A DNA stretch of 64,000 nucleotides from Thermoanaerobaculia bacterium (GCA_039932315.1 JBDTQG010000006.1:10160-74159); one strand, 5' to 3'. Shown: positions 20,014-29,702, counted from the stretch's first letter. The notes: generated from the sequence alone by a model not told the origin. Program-made: numbers and translations.

Positions 20014-20454
20014 CTACGACTCCGCGGGACGCGCAGCCCTTGCCTCTTCGATCTGCTGGATCGCTTCGCGGACCCAGTCGATGAAGTCCGCGTCGCGGCT
20101 GCCGGAGAAGGCGGCTTCGGCGGCGAAACTCTGCAAAGAATCGAGCGCTGTCGGCGAGGCGACCGTGACGAAGCCGTCGAGGGCCGCCTTCCACACGTCG
20201 GGCCGGCGATCGCGCAGTCCGGCCTCGAGCATCGGCAGTGCGGTATCCAGACGATATTCGCGTGCAATCCGCATCAGCGTGCAGCGGCTATCTTCCGAGG
20301 TCTGCTGATCGAAGACCGCGCAGAGGAGCGGAACGACTCCGGGATCGAAACAGAGGAGCCCATGGGCCGCGGAGTCGAAGTCTCCGGCGCGCATCTCCGC
20401 GAGATAGAAGTCGACCGCCGCCTGCAGATCGGCAGGACTCTTTTCGCTCATCGC
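20014..20454 (-). CDS. Hypothetical protein (helical)
   Basis: Start set at MSEKSPADLQAAVDFYLAEM. The upstream part of the track ORF is Arg-rich noise. No recognisable family. Confidence 0.35.
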   Translation of the reverse strand, partial: AMSEKSPADLQAAVDFYLAEMRAGDFDSAAHGLLCFDPGVVPLLCAVFDQQTSEDSRCTLMRIAREYRLDTALPMLEAGLRDRRPDVWKAALDGFVTVASPTALDSLQSFAAEAAFSGSRDADFIDWVREAIQQIEEARAARPAES

Positions 20455-20476
20455 CGGTTCTGGATCGCCAGCGAGT

Positions 20477-20908
20477 TCATGGAAAGGTCTTCTTGACCAC
20501 TCTCTTCGCGCTCTTTTTCGCGGACTTCCTTCCCGAAGTGCGTTTCGCCGCGAGTGTCTTCTGCTCCGCCGCTCTCGCCTTCGCAAAACGCGCGATGAGC
20601 GCGTACGGCATCGGTTCGGAGAGCGGGAACTGGAGATTCCCCTTCGGCCCTCGGTACGGCGCGATCGCTTTCTGCAGCGCCGCATCGCCCTTCAGCGGCG
20701 GAAAGATCCCGATGTGCTTCTTGAACGCCGCAAAATAGATCACCGCCCCGTCGAGAAAGAGCGCCGGCATGCGATAGCTGATCCGCTCCTCGGCCTTCGG
20801 CAGCGCCTTCCGCAGCGTTGCGCGGAGCTTCCTCAAAACCGCCTGCGCCTCGGGAGCGGCGGCGGCGATGTAGGCATCGATGTCTTCCGGGATCAGACCG
20901 CTCCGCAT
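20477..20908 (-). CDS. DUF1801 (YdhG-like) domain protein with Lys-rich tail
   Basis: Domain-level resemblance to YdhG/DUF1801 (RISYRMPALFLDGAVIYFAAFKKHIGIFP), with a C-terminal KSAKKSAKRVVKKT basic tail. Confidence 0.45.
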   Translation of the reverse strand: MRSGLIPEDIDAYIAAAAPEAQAVLRKLRATLRKALPKAEERISYRMPALFLDGAVIYFAAFKKHIGIFPPLKGDAALQKAIAPYRGPKGNLQFPLSEPMPYALIARFAKARAAEQKTLAAKRTSGRKSAKKSAKRVVKKTFP

Positions 20909-21245
20909 GTTGCCTCCGTGGCGAGAATCGAACGCTGTTTACTGCACTAGCCCCATTGCTCGACGCTCCGACGATCGCTGCTGAGCCGTTCGCAAACCAC
21001 CGGAACGGCCATGCCTTCTTCGCCGGAAACATTTGGAGGCCGGACGAGAGATCCGCTGATGATATTCGGACTCTCCCGGAGCCAGAAACGGTCGCCGATG
21101 TCCTCGAGCGCTGGCGGGTCACCGGCCCCGGCTGGCAAACGCGGATGGCGGAGAGACTCAGCAAGGTTCGCTGAGGCACGCTCCTGACGTTGACCATTTC
21201 GGTGGCAGGAAAGGTCGCACCGCTCGAGTCTCCGTAGATGGGCTT

Positions 21246-21581
21246 CTAGTCGCCGACGAGAGTGGCGAGTTTGGCGAGCAGATCGGCGAGCACTTTGGCC
21301 GGGAGCTTACCGGCGAGCTCCGCCTTACGGGCGCGCCAGTCCAGGCTCTTGATCTGGTCGGCGAGCGCGACGCCTGCGACCGTCAAGCCGGCCGGCAGCG
21401 CGACTTCGAAAGGGTAGCCCTTGACCTGACTGGTGACCGGGCAAAGGAGCGCCAGGCCGACTCGGGCGTTGTAGGCACGCGGCGAGATGACGACCGCCGG
21501 GCGCCGCCCAGCCTGCTCATGGCCGGCCTGGGGGTCGAAGGAGATCCAGACGATGTCACCGCGATCCGGCGAGTAAGGCAC
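21246..21581 (-). CDS. mazF: Type II toxin MazF/PemK family endoribonuclease
   Basis: DRGDIVWISFDPQAGHEQAGRRPAVVISPRAYNARVGLALLCPVTSQVKGYPFEV...VALADQIKSLDWRARKA is collinear with E. coli MazF. Confidence 0.85.
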   Translation of the reverse strand: MPYSPDRGDIVWISFDPQAGHEQAGRRPAVVISPRAYNARVGLALLCPVTSQVKGYPFEVALPAGLTVAGVALADQIKSLDWRARKAELAGKLPAKVLADLLAKLATLVGD

Positions 21582-21587
21582 GTGCGG

Positions 21588-21830
21588 TTACCAGACCTCG
21601 CGGCCGACCGGCGCGCCGGACTCGACCTCATCGTGCCGATTGCGCTTCGTGACCCCGGAGAGCAGGCCCTCGAGCGTGAACGCCGGCGGCAGAATGGGCC
21701 GAATGACGAGGGTCCCCCGAACGAGGGTCAATTCCACCTCGCCCTGCTCCTCGAGCCCGACTTCGTCCGCGAACGGCTTCGGAATCCGCAATCCCAGACT
21801 GTTTCCCCACTTCTGGATCTTCGCATTCAT
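21588..21830 (-). CDS. mazE: Type II antitoxin MazE (SpoVT/AbrB swapped-hairpin)
   Basis: MNAKIQKWGNSLGLRIPKPFADEVGLEEQGEVELTLVRGTLVIRPI...EVW. There is a 6-nt gap to mazF. Confidence 0.75.
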   Translation of the reverse strand: MNAKIQKWGNSLGLRIPKPFADEVGLEEQGEVELTLVRGTLVIRPILPPAFTLEGLLSGVTKRNRHDEVESGAPVGREVW

Positions 21831-21939
21831 GCACGCCTCCGGTGTCTACATTGAATATACACCATTGGACCGAGAGACGACGGCCTCCTGCTTCGCCCGG
21901 GGTGGGCGCCGGAGAGAGACCGGCGGAACTGCGGAAAAG

Positions 21940-22488
21940 TCAGTCCAGATTCAATCCAGTGGCCTTCCCGAGAACCCGCAAGATGGCGTGGCGTGCAATG
22001 TTTTCTGGCGAGGAGGCGGTGTTCCAGGCTTTGCCCGATGACTCGCCTCGCATGAGGATCTTCCCGTCCGCGGCCACGACACGGAGGATCACGTGCACTT
22101 CGGCACCCTCTTTGCCGAACTGACTCTGTCCTGCGTGCGGAATGTCGATCAGCAGAACCGCCGAGACTCCGAGTGCCGTAAGTGCTTCGGCGCGGCGCGA
22201 GTCGTCGTATCGATCTAGACCCATGGCCATCAGCCGCTCCATTTTCACGGAGGAAACCACGGTGCGAAACGGCAATTTTCGCGTTGCTGCAAGCGTCGAC
22301 TCCACTTGCGACTCGACTTCAGAGGAGTTGATGACTTCGTTGCCTTGCGTCACGAAGACGGCGATGCGGTCTAGCCCATCGGCCCAGCCTTTCGGTGCTA
22401 CGACCGTGTCTTTGTAACCCGAAGCCAACACAGCGTTCGCAACGAAAGACAACAGAAACATGAATCGTGCCGCCCTAGTCCGGTTCAC
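21940..22488 (-). CDS. Hypothetical secreted/lipoprotein (lower-GC island gene)
   Basis: Signal peptide MNRTRAARFMFLLSFVANAVLASG, no recognisable domain, and local GC clearly below the flanking sequence. Confidence 0.4.
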   Translation of the reverse strand: MNRTRAARFMFLLSFVANAVLASGYKDTVVAPKGWADGLDRIAVFVTQGNEVINSSEVESQVESTLAATRKLPFRTVVSSVKMERLMAMGLDRYDDSRRAEALTALGVSAVLLIDIPHAGQSQFGKEGAEVHVILRVVAADGKILMRGESSGKAWNTASSPENIARHAILRVLGKATGLNLD

Positions 22489-22564
22489 TGTGTTCCATCT
22501 CCTTTCCCGCTCCGGTTGATCGGAAGGCAGACCCGCGCCACCGAGACGACGATCAACCTTGAAT

Positions 22565-23407
22565 CTACCTTCGTCGAGTCGCAGCTAGCACGAGCCGTCT
22601 CATGGTCGCGAGGGTGCGGCACGAGCCATCGCGATGCATCATGCGGTGACAGTTCGAACAGACAATGGCCAGATCGCCAAGCAAGGTGCGTCGAGAAGCG
22701 GAACTGGCCGCGAGTGGAGCGACGTGATGCACCTCACAGTAGCCTTCGCCGAGGGCACCGTAGGCGCTCTCAAAGTCAAACTCGCAAACTTCACATCGGA
22801 GCGGCTCTCCATCCTTCGTTACTTGCTCGATCTTTCGTCGACGAAGGATGCGATCGCGCTCGCGCGCATAGTGGATCATGAGGCGCCGACGTCCCTCGCT
22901 CGCGCCGTCTGGAAGGTCGTCGACATCACTAGCGACAACTTCCCGTTTCGGGCCTCTGCGAAGCGATGGCCACAACGATCCCGTCGTCGGATTCCTCCCG
23001 ACGACGAGCTGAAAGAGTGCCTCGGCTTCCTCGATCGAGAGACGGAACAACGTACCCGCAGCGCCGGACTTGAGGAATACGGAACCTTTGAGGGCGACGT
23101 GCTTTCTTGCTGCTCCGATGTGAACCGGATGTTCCAGATAGGAAGTCAGATAGATGACGTGGAAGCGCGCGACAACGCCTCGCCTCACTGGTCTGGTTGG
23201 AACCGAGACAATTTCGCCCAGTCCAACGACCTGGGTCTTGGGCGCTGCTTCCCAGAAAAAGACCCTATCGCCGGCTTTCCATCCACTGGGCGCAGCACGC
23301 GTCTGCCAGACATCCGCTGCCCCCGGAGCGAGCCAAGCCGCAAGGTCGTTCCTAGCCGGCCTGCCTTTCACCACCCAGTACCGACTTGTCACAGGTTCAC
23401 CGACCAT
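22565..23407 (-). CDS. EVE(PUA-like)-HNH fusion endonuclease (modification-dependent, type IV-like restriction enzyme architecture)
   Basis: The N-terminus SRYWVVKGRP...DRVFFWEAAPKTQVVGLGEIVS is an EVE/PUA-like modified-base reader fold. The C-terminal HNH motif is CEVCEFDF...YCEVHHVAPLA...CSNCHRMMH. Confidence 0.7.
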   Translation of the reverse strand: MVGEPVTSRYWVVKGRPARNDLAAWLAPGAADVWQTRAAPSGWKAGDRVFFWEAAPKTQVVGLGEIVSVPTRPVRRGVVARFHVIYLTSYLEHPVHIGAARKHVALKGSVFLKSGAAGTLFRLSIEEAEALFQLVVGRNPTTGSLWPSLRRGPKREVVASDVDDLPDGASEGRRRLMIHYARERDRILRRRKIEQVTKDGEPLRCEVCEFDFESAYGALGEGYCEVHHVAPLAASSASRRTLLGDLAIVCSNCHRMMHRDGSCRTLATMRRLVLAATRRR

Positions 23408-23905
23408 CTAGTCGCGAACAGCGTCTACGATGAGGTCCCATCTCGAACGAAACGGCTCCAGACTCCAGCCTGTACCCTCCCTTAGAGGGGGCAGGTGCAC
23501 CGCACGAAACTTGTTCTCCTTGCTCCTAGCCTGACCGTTCATGCCAGGAGTTGCTTCCCAGATCCTATGGTTCTCAGAAACTGCTTTCGAGAGTTCGAGC
23601 GAAGGAATCACGAAGAACTCGAAGGCCTTCGTGGATTCAGGCGCTGGAATTCCAGCAAGGACCCAGAAGAAGGACTTGCCGAAGTCCTTTTCCGCCTTCA
23701 GCCCGACGGCGCATGTCCCCCCACCTGGAATGAATGCTTTCACCTGGACGTGGACGAATCGAGTTGCAACAGAATTGCTTACGAGAATGTCCGTGTTCGG
23801 GCAGTTTCCCATCGTCACGACCGCGACCAACTCACGCCGACAGAGCTCTCCTGCAACAAAGAACTGGGCCGCGTCCGCTCGATACCCCTTGTCGCTACGC
23901 GTCAT
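23408..23905 (-). CDS. Hypothetical small protein with PD-(D/E)XK-like motif, co-operonic with the RM enzyme and EVE-HNH
   Basis: VVTMGNCPNTDILV...FVHVQVKA (hydrophobic strand-D ... hydrophobic-Q-x-K). Its start overlaps the RM gene stop by 11 nt and its stop abuts the EVE-HNH start. Confidence 0.4.
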   Translation of the reverse strand: MTRSDKGYRADAAQFFVAGELCRRELVAVVTMGNCPNTDILVSNSVATRFVHVQVKAFIPGGGTCAVGLKAEKDFGKSFFWVLAGIPAPESTKAFEFFVIPSLELSKAVSENHRIWEATPGMNGQARSKENKFRAVHLPPLREGTGWSLEPFRSRWDLIVDAVRD

Positions 23906-26819
23906 CTCTGATTTGTCCCGCCCTCTCGAGATTCAGGGCTAGCAACCGCTCGAGGATCTGCTCGTCGGTGAGATCGCTCGGCCAGCCATACGCCGTGAAC
24001 ACCGCCTCGTCGAGTTTCTTGTGCGCGAGGTCGAGCCAGGCGGGGCGTTCGTTGTAGAGGTTGGTGAGTGTCCGCTTGGCGAGCTTCTTCGCCGCCTCGG
24101 CATCGCGCGCCACGATCCGCGGCCAGCGCACCGTTCCCATTCCTCGCGCGTCGGCCTCGTGCACGAATCTCTTCCAGGGCCCGTCCACCGAACCCGGAAA
24201 CTCCAACACCTCCTCCTTCGTCCACTCCGGCGGATTCAGCCAGGCTCGCCGCAGGTCGTCCAGCTGTTTCGCCGCAGCGGTGATGGCGCCCGCTACGTGG
24301 TTTGCTGGTAAAGGAAAAGGAAAAGTCTCGAAGCATGTAGTGGGTGTATACCGAAATCCGCTTTCCTTCTCTCGTAACTGCGTCCCCTGCGCCAACGCCC
24401 AAACTTCATGGAGTCTCGAGTGTAGGACCCCGAATTCATAGTCCTCCGAGAATGCGAAAGCGACGATGGCATCGGTGGCCAGATTCTCCGGCGTGGACCA
24501 GACGAAAAGACGATGCTTAGAGACGCGCGGGGTTACGATGAAGCGATCACGACTTCGAAGAGCGGCCCTCATTGCCTTCTGCGGGTCACCTAGAATCCAC
24601 CATCTTGACGCCCTTGTCGCCCTTCGATTTTTCTCGCGAACTGGCTTCACAACTCGCTCCAGAAATGCGAAGGAAGCTCCATACAGGGCAGCTTCTGAAA
24701 CGCCCACCTCTGGCGGCATGTCGATTATCCAAAGCGTTCCTGGTCGCCGGGTGAGGGAGAGACCATTGAGCCACGGTCTCACGACATCCGAAGTTGGGCG
24801 CCCATGAGGGTTGGGCGTGTGCAGCTCCGCGACGGCCTCTTCCTCATTCAAATCAAAGGGCCCGTGAATCGCCGCTCCAATGAAGGAAAGGGTTGAACTC
24901 GGTACTAGCGTCAGCGCTGTCGAAGTAGCAGCTCCTGCGGAGAGATTCGCGTTGATCCGAACAACTGCCTTCCCATCAACAGTCTTGTCCTTATACGAAC
25001 CATCGTCGAAGCCCACCATGGCAACATGAACGTTAGCGCCATCAAGAATCCACTCTCGGTCGCTCCAGGCCCAGAAGATGTCGCCGGAAGCCATGATGCG
25101 CTCGAGAACGGCGCGATTGGCCCCTCCCCGAATTCCTTGGGTGGCGAGAAGGCCGGCACGCTGTGCCTGGTTTTCTTCTATTGAGCTTCGGGCTTTCTCG
25201 AACCAGTAGCAGCAAAGATCAGATTGACCAGGAATACGCCCGCCGTAGAGCTTCCGAACGGCTTCGACGTACTCATCTCCGAGCTCGCCGCGCATCATCT
25301 TGTCGCCGAGAAACGGCGGATTGCCGACGATGAAGTCGACTTTGGGCCAGGTGGGTTCTTGGGGGTTCTCGGGGTCGGTGAGGTCGAGGATGGCGTCTTT
25401 GTTTTCGATGTTGCTCATCGCCTGGAGGATCGGTTCTTTCCAGGTGGTGGTGCCGTGCTGGCGGAGCCACTGGAGGTAGCCGATCCAGACGGTCATCTGG
25501 GCGAGCTCGTGGGCGTACTGGTTGATCTCGATGCCGTAGAGCTGCCAAGGACCGACGCCGACGCGGAGAGGGGCCTGGAAACCGCGATCGAGCATGAAGT
25601 CGTAGACCTCGCTCTCGAGATCTTTCAACTTGCGCAGCGTCACGTAGAGGAAGTTCCCCGATCCGCAAGCTGGGTCGAGGACCTTGATCTTCTCCAGACG
25701 ATCCAGGAAACGCAGCGCGAAGAGTTCGGCCTCGGCCTTTGCCTTCCTGTGCTCGTTCGCCGAGAGCGGTTTCCCTGGTGCCGCAGCGTCATCCTTCCGT
25801 CCCGTTGCGAGCAATCGATCGACGAGCGCGCCAGTTTCCGCCCACTCCCGGCGGAGCGGCGCCATGACGACCGGCTCGACCAGCGTCTCGATGTCCTCCC
25901 GGCTGGTGTAGTGCGCCCCCAGCTGTGCGCGCTTCGCCGGATCCAGGCCGCGTTCGAAGAGCGTGCCGAAGATCGACGGATCGATCGCGCTCCAGTCGAG
26001 CCGTGCGGCCGAGGCGAGAAGTGCCAACTCCTCTTCCGAAAGCGCCAGCGCGGAGGCGTCGTCGAAGAGACTGCCGTTGATGTGCGGAATCCGGTCGACA
26101 CCGAAGAAACCGCCGTCGGCCATCTTGCGGAAGAGATCGCCGACCAGTGTTTCGAAGAGCTCCGGCTTACCGCGCGTCGCTTCGAACAGCTTGGAGGCGA
26201 CCTCATTCGGCAGCAGGCCGATATCTTCGGCAAAGAGCGCGAACAGAATCCGGTCGAGGAAGCGCGCGACGGCGCGCGGCTCGAAGCCGCGGTTGCGCAG
26301 GCGGAGGGCCAGCTCACCGAGCGCCTTGGCGGCATCGGCCGTGACGACCGGATTGATCTTCCCCGGCCGGAAGCGCTCGGGCTCGAAGAAGACCCAACGC
26401 AAAAGCTCGAGCTTCTCGGGCTGGACGAGCTCTTCGAGCGCGATCGGGTAGACGACGTGCTTGGCGTTCTGGAAGCTGGTGTGGATCTCGAGCCGGGCCG
26501 TGTCGCAGGTCACCAGCAGAGGCGGGTTCTCGAGGTCCGCCCGGTATTCGTCGAGCTGCTTCCAGGCCGCGTCGAGGTCCTTGTGCTTGCCCTTGTATTC
26601 GAGAGCGAAGAAGCCGCGCTTCCAGACATCGGCGAAACCGTCGCTGCCGCCGCGCTTCTCAGCGCCCTTCTCGAAGCAAAACGATTCGCCGGTCGGATCG
26701 AGCGCCGCGGGCTTGCCGTGCCCGACCAGCTCGCAGAGGTCGAGAAAATGCTCCTGCGCCGCCGAGCGCTCCTTGAGCGTCGCGGCCTTCCACTTGCGGA
26801 CGAAGTCGCGGGGGGTCAT
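23895..26819 (-). CDS. Single-chain type IIL/IIG restriction-modification enzyme (MmeI-family-like: N-terminal PD-(D/E)XK nuclease, N6-adenine methyltransferase, TRD)
   Basis: The N-terminal nuclease motif is FADVWKRGFFALEYKGKHKDL (D-x9-E-x-K). The SAM-MTase motifs are VLDPACGSGNFL (motif I) and IVGNPPFLG (motif IV, NPPF). A ~400-aa C-terminal region is a candidate target-recognition domain. Length 974 aa. Confidence 0.8.
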   Translation of the reverse strand: MTPRDFVRKWKAATLKERSAAQEHFLDLCELVGHGKPAALDPTGESFCFEKGAEKRGGSDGFADVWKRGFFALEYKGKHKDLDAAWKQLDEYRADLENPPLLVTCDTARLEIHTSFQNAKHVVYPIALEELVQPEKLELLRWVFFEPERFRPGKINPVVTADAAKALGELALRLRNRGFEPRAVARFLDRILFALFAEDIGLLPNEVASKLFEATRGKPELFETLVGDLFRKMADGGFFGVDRIPHINGSLFDDASALALSEEELALLASAARLDWSAIDPSIFGTLFERGLDPAKRAQLGAHYTSREDIETLVEPVVMAPLRREWAETGALVDRLLATGRKDDAAAPGKPLSANEHRKAKAEAELFALRFLDRLEKIKVLDPACGSGNFLYVTLRKLKDLESEVYDFMLDRGFQAPLRVGVGPWQLYGIEINQYAHELAQMTVWIGYLQWLRQHGTTTWKEPILQAMSNIENKDAILDLTDPENPQEPTWPKVDFIVGNPPFLGDKMMRGELGDEYVEAVRKLYGGRIPGQSDLCCYWFEKARSSIEENQAQRAGLLATQGIRGGANRAVLERIMASGDIFWAWSDREWILDGANVHVAMVGFDDGSYKDKTVDGKAVVRINANLSAGAATSTALTLVPSSTLSFIGAAIHGPFDLNEEEAVAELHTPNPHGRPTSDVVRPWLNGLSLTRRPGTLWIIDMPPEVGVSEAALYGASFAFLERVVKPVREKNRRATRASRWWILGDPQKAMRAALRSRDRFIVTPRVSKHRLFVWSTPENLATDAIVAFAFSEDYEFGVLHSRLHEVWALAQGTQLREKESGFRYTPTTCFETFPFPLPANHVAGAITAAAKQLDDLRRAWLNPPEWTKEEVLEFPGSVDGPWKRFVHEADARGMGTVRWPRIVARDAEAAKKLAKRTLTNLYNERPAWLDLAHKKLDEAVFTAYGWPSDLTDEQILERLLALNLERAGQIRDDA

Positions 26820-26840
26820 GTGGCGCGAGCGCTGCCGACG

Positions 26841-27107
26841 TCAGCCGGCGCGTTTCACAGGACGGGAATGACTTCGCGCACCCGCGAGCAATCCGGCGAC
26901 GCTCAAGTCTTCAACGATCGCGGGCCAGTGCATGCCGTCGTCGTCGCCGAGCAGCTCCCAGTTCTGTCGCTCGTTCGCATCCGCAGCCAGGAGGCGAGGA
27001 AACCAGACCAGGGGCGCCGAGATTCGGCGGCCGTCGGCAAGCTCGACGGATATCTCGTTGTCCGAGATCTCAACGCCACGCGCCAGTGGGCGCCCATGTA
27101 CACGCAT
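26841..27107 (-). CDS. DUF2442-domain protein (copy A)
   Basis: MRVHGRPLARGVEISDNEISVELADGRRISAPLVWFPRLLAADANERQNWELLGDDDGMHWPAIVEDLSVAGLL. 79% identical to copy B at 29703..29978. Confidence 0.6.
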   Translation of the reverse strand: MRVHGRPLARGVEISDNEISVELADGRRISAPLVWFPRLLAADANERQNWELLGDDDGMHWPAIVEDLSVAGLLAGARSHSRPVKRAG

Positions 27108-27113
27108 TCGTAC

Positions 27114-28427
27114 CTAAGGTTCGGTTGCCGACCATTCGAGGAAGTTGCCGGTTTCGAACGCTGACCAGAAGATGGTTGCACTTCGATCGTAGAATGTACC
27201 CGCGGGGTCAGCCCTGATCTCAACTCTAATTCGCGGAGAGCTGGATGGAGGCGCCATCGTATAGTGGAGTACAGCTCCTGGTTGCAAGAAGGACTCTACG
27301 ATCGCTGCCTTGCAAAAACCCACCGGCGGCGGTGCTGGACCGGACGGCACAAAGGCGAGCTCGACTTCCGCGTTGGCGCAGTCGAGCTCCAGGCTTAGGT
27401 GAACGCTGTAGTCGTCGGCGGTCGCGGCTATTCGATCCGCGCCGGTCATAGCAAATCGAATCATGTTGACATCTTCGGCCACAAGGCCCGAAAGTCGCGT
27501 TCCGGAACCAATCTTCGAGTACATAAGAGATTGCGTCCCGGGGTGCTGAAGCGAAGACGCGACGAATTCATTCGCGGAGGCCGCGTAGTTGCTGCCTGTC
27601 GGAAGTACAGTTAGAGATCGGGAAAAAGAAGCCTGTTGAATTGTGGTGCTATCGATCAGGACTGGATCGTTGTCAGAGCGTCGAAACCAAGAAACCGATT
27701 GCACCTGCATGGGTTGAATCGGGCAGTTTGGGCCAGGGCAAGGGGGGCAACATGGAGTGCACGCGGTAGAGCCCGAACCTTGAAGGGCTGCGAGTCGCGG
27801 CAATTCCAGTTCCTGGAATGCCGGAATGAACGGGCATGCGTTGTTGTGAATATCTGTGCGGTCGCCGGGTGCCGAGCCCTGCGAAACATTTGTAGCATTG
27901 ACAGATGCCGCAAGACTAGTCAGCTGACCGCAGCCGCTTGGCCCGTCAAGATCGCAGACGCCCGTTCTCCAGTACTTCGCGTCGTTGTAGAGACCTCCGT
28001 CCTCCGACACGTCAAGCTCAACAAGATTTGAATGCCCAAGGCCCATCGCGCAATGCCCGAGCTCGTGAAGTACCACCCATTGTAGGCTGGCTTTCCCGGA
28101 CGGAGCGGGTTCATTGGAGGTCCAACAATCGAAGCAGTTTCCGTACCTTGCCTTCAGTTCGTTCCAAGTTTCGACCGCCGACAAAAGTGGCAAGAGTAGC
28201 CCCTCGCTTCCAGCTTCGACACAAATGCCAATTTCAATCGCCCCACCAGCCTGGAGATAACCCACAGGATGCACGATTGCAAACGGCGGAACGTAGTTTG
28301 GATCGGTCGAGGGGAGTCGACGGGTGAAGCGGTCGATCTCGAAATAGGTGCCGGCAGAAAGATCCGAAGTCATGGCCGCAGCGAGCGCAACCCCTAGCAG
28401 CACCAGTCGAACTCGCGTCAGTTTCAC
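27114..28427 (-). CDS. Secreted metzincin-like zinc metalloprotease ending in the GFExG-x4-W tail
   Basis: Signal peptide MKLTRVRLVLLGVALAAAMT, then the zinc-binding motif VVLHELGHCAMGLGHS (HExxHxxGxxH) and a Cys/Pro-rich linker. The C-terminus is FWSAFETGNFLEWSATEP*. GC is lower than the genome background. Confidence 0.6.
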   Translation of the reverse strand: MKLTRVRLVLLGVALAAAMTSDLSAGTYFEIDRFTRRLPSTDPNYVPPFAIVHPVGYLQAGGAIEIGICVEAGSEGLLLPLLSAVETWNELKARYGNCFDCWTSNEPAPSGKASLQWVVLHELGHCAMGLGHSNLVELDVSEDGGLYNDAKYWRTGVCDLDGPSGCGQLTSLAASVNATNVSQGSAPGDRTDIHNNACPFIPAFQELELPRLAALQGSGSTACTPCCPPCPGPNCPIQPMQVQSVSWFRRSDNDPVLIDSTTIQQASFSRSLTVLPTGSNYAASANEFVASSLQHPGTQSLMYSKIGSGTRLSGLVAEDVNMIRFAMTGADRIAATADDYSVHLSLELDCANAEVELAFVPSGPAPPPVGFCKAAIVESFLQPGAVLHYTMAPPSSSPRIRVEIRADPAGTFYDRSATIFWSAFETGNFLEWSATEP

Positions 28428-29041
28428 GTACCCTCCTCAGCCGATCGGAGCCGCATCAACCAGCCCTTCAGCTTCTCTCCAAACCTGGCGATCCCTTCGA
28501 GGGCGCGTATATCGGGACGCTTCGTCCGGTAGCTGCTGAAGGGCTCGAGTGCGAAGGAAACGGTAGGCGACGCGACTCGCACTCCGCGTACCTCGACGGA
28601 CTTAAAGTTAACCGTCACGACGCACCCCGTCCCCGGCTCAGAAACGCCCGCATGAAATCTTCGACCGTCCGGAAGCACGCCATAGCTGGGCTCGAGCTCC
28701 TGATGTATAGCGGAAAGGTCTGCCCCTACGACTTCGTAGTCGACCAAGTCTGCCAGCGCCTCCCGCAGCTCCTTGCGATTTATCATAATTCCAGGGGATG
28801 ACGCGGCTCGCTGTCCCCCGGAACGAGTAGTGCGCCTCTGCAACCAGCCATCGCCAAAGAGCTCGAACTGCTCGAGGCCCGGGGCGAAAATGTCCTTAAT
28901 CTGAATCGTCACTACGACAACGTCAGGGTTCGTTGAAGCAGAGAAGTCTCTTGCAGGGGGTTCGGAAGCGCTCTGAGCCCCTAGAGTCAGGCCAAGAATC
29001 CCCACACAGCACATTGCAATTGCGAGTGGTGTCTGTTTCAT
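28424..29041 (-). CDS. Hypothetical secreted protein (island gene)
   Basis: Signal peptide MKQTPLAIAMCCVGILGLTLGAQSA, no recognisable domain, lower GC. Confidence 0.4.
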   Translation of the reverse strand: MKQTPLAIAMCCVGILGLTLGAQSASEPPARDFSASTNPDVVVVTIQIKDIFAPGLEQFELFGDGWLQRRTTRSGGQRAASSPGIMINRKELREALADLVDYEVVGADLSAIHQELEPSYGVLPDGRRFHAGVSEPGTGCVVTVNFKSVEVRGVRVASPTVSFALEPFSSYRTKRPDIRALEGIARFGEKLKGWLMRLRSAEEGT

Positions 29042-29065
29042 GGAGCGCTCCTTTTCGTGCGTCGT

Positions 29066-29662
29066 CTATTGTACGCCTGCGCTCACCGGACCCGGCAGAA
29101 GCAAACGAGCGACCTGACTTGGCTCGAGCGCGCGGTTTCGCAGGCGTTGCGCGAGGTCGCCGAGCGCTTTCGCGGCTTCCGCGGTGACGACCGGATTGAT
29201 TCTTCCGGGGCGGAACTTTTCCGGTTCGAAGAAGATCGCCCGCACGAGCTCGAGCTTGTCGGGCTGCGTGAGCTCCTCGAGGGCGATCGGGTAGACGACG
29301 TGTTTCGTGTTCTGAAAGCTGGTGTGAACCTCGAGCCTCGCGGTGTCACACGTGACGAGAAGCGGTGGGTTCTCGAGATCGGCGCGATACTCGTCGAGCT
29401 GTTTCCAGGCGCTATCGAGGTCTTTGTGCTTGCCCTTGTATTCCCAGGCGAAGAAGCCGCGCTTCCAGACGTCGGCGAAGCCGTCGCTGCCACCGCGCTT
29501 TTCAGCGCCTTTTTCGAAGCAGAACGACTCGCCCGTCGGATCAAGTGCCGCGGGCTTGCCGTGCCCGACGAGCTCACAGAGGTCGAGAAAGTGCTCCTGC
29601 GCCGCCGAGCGCTCCTTGAGCGTCGCGGCTTTCCACTTCTTCACGAAGTCGCGAGGAGTCAC
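29066..29662 (-). pseudogene. Truncated, diverged second copy of the RM-enzyme N-terminal nuclease domain (remnant of a related type IIL cassette)
   Basis: The first ~180 aa are ~90% identical to the 23895..26819 product, including an intact FADVWKRGFFAWEYKGKHKDL. The reading frame then diverges and stops, with no MTase or TRD following. Confidence 0.65.
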
Positions 29663-29702
29663 GATCGGAGCGCCACGGATCGGATGCGTCTGCGGGCGCC
29701 GG

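Noticed and set aside
20818-21174. 118-aa plus-strand ORF downstream of the DUF1801 gene
   Set aside because: It overlaps the DUF1801 gene antisense at its 5' end. It has an Arg/Cys-rich N-terminus, no domain, and a possible RBS was not seen. It may be real but is unsupported.
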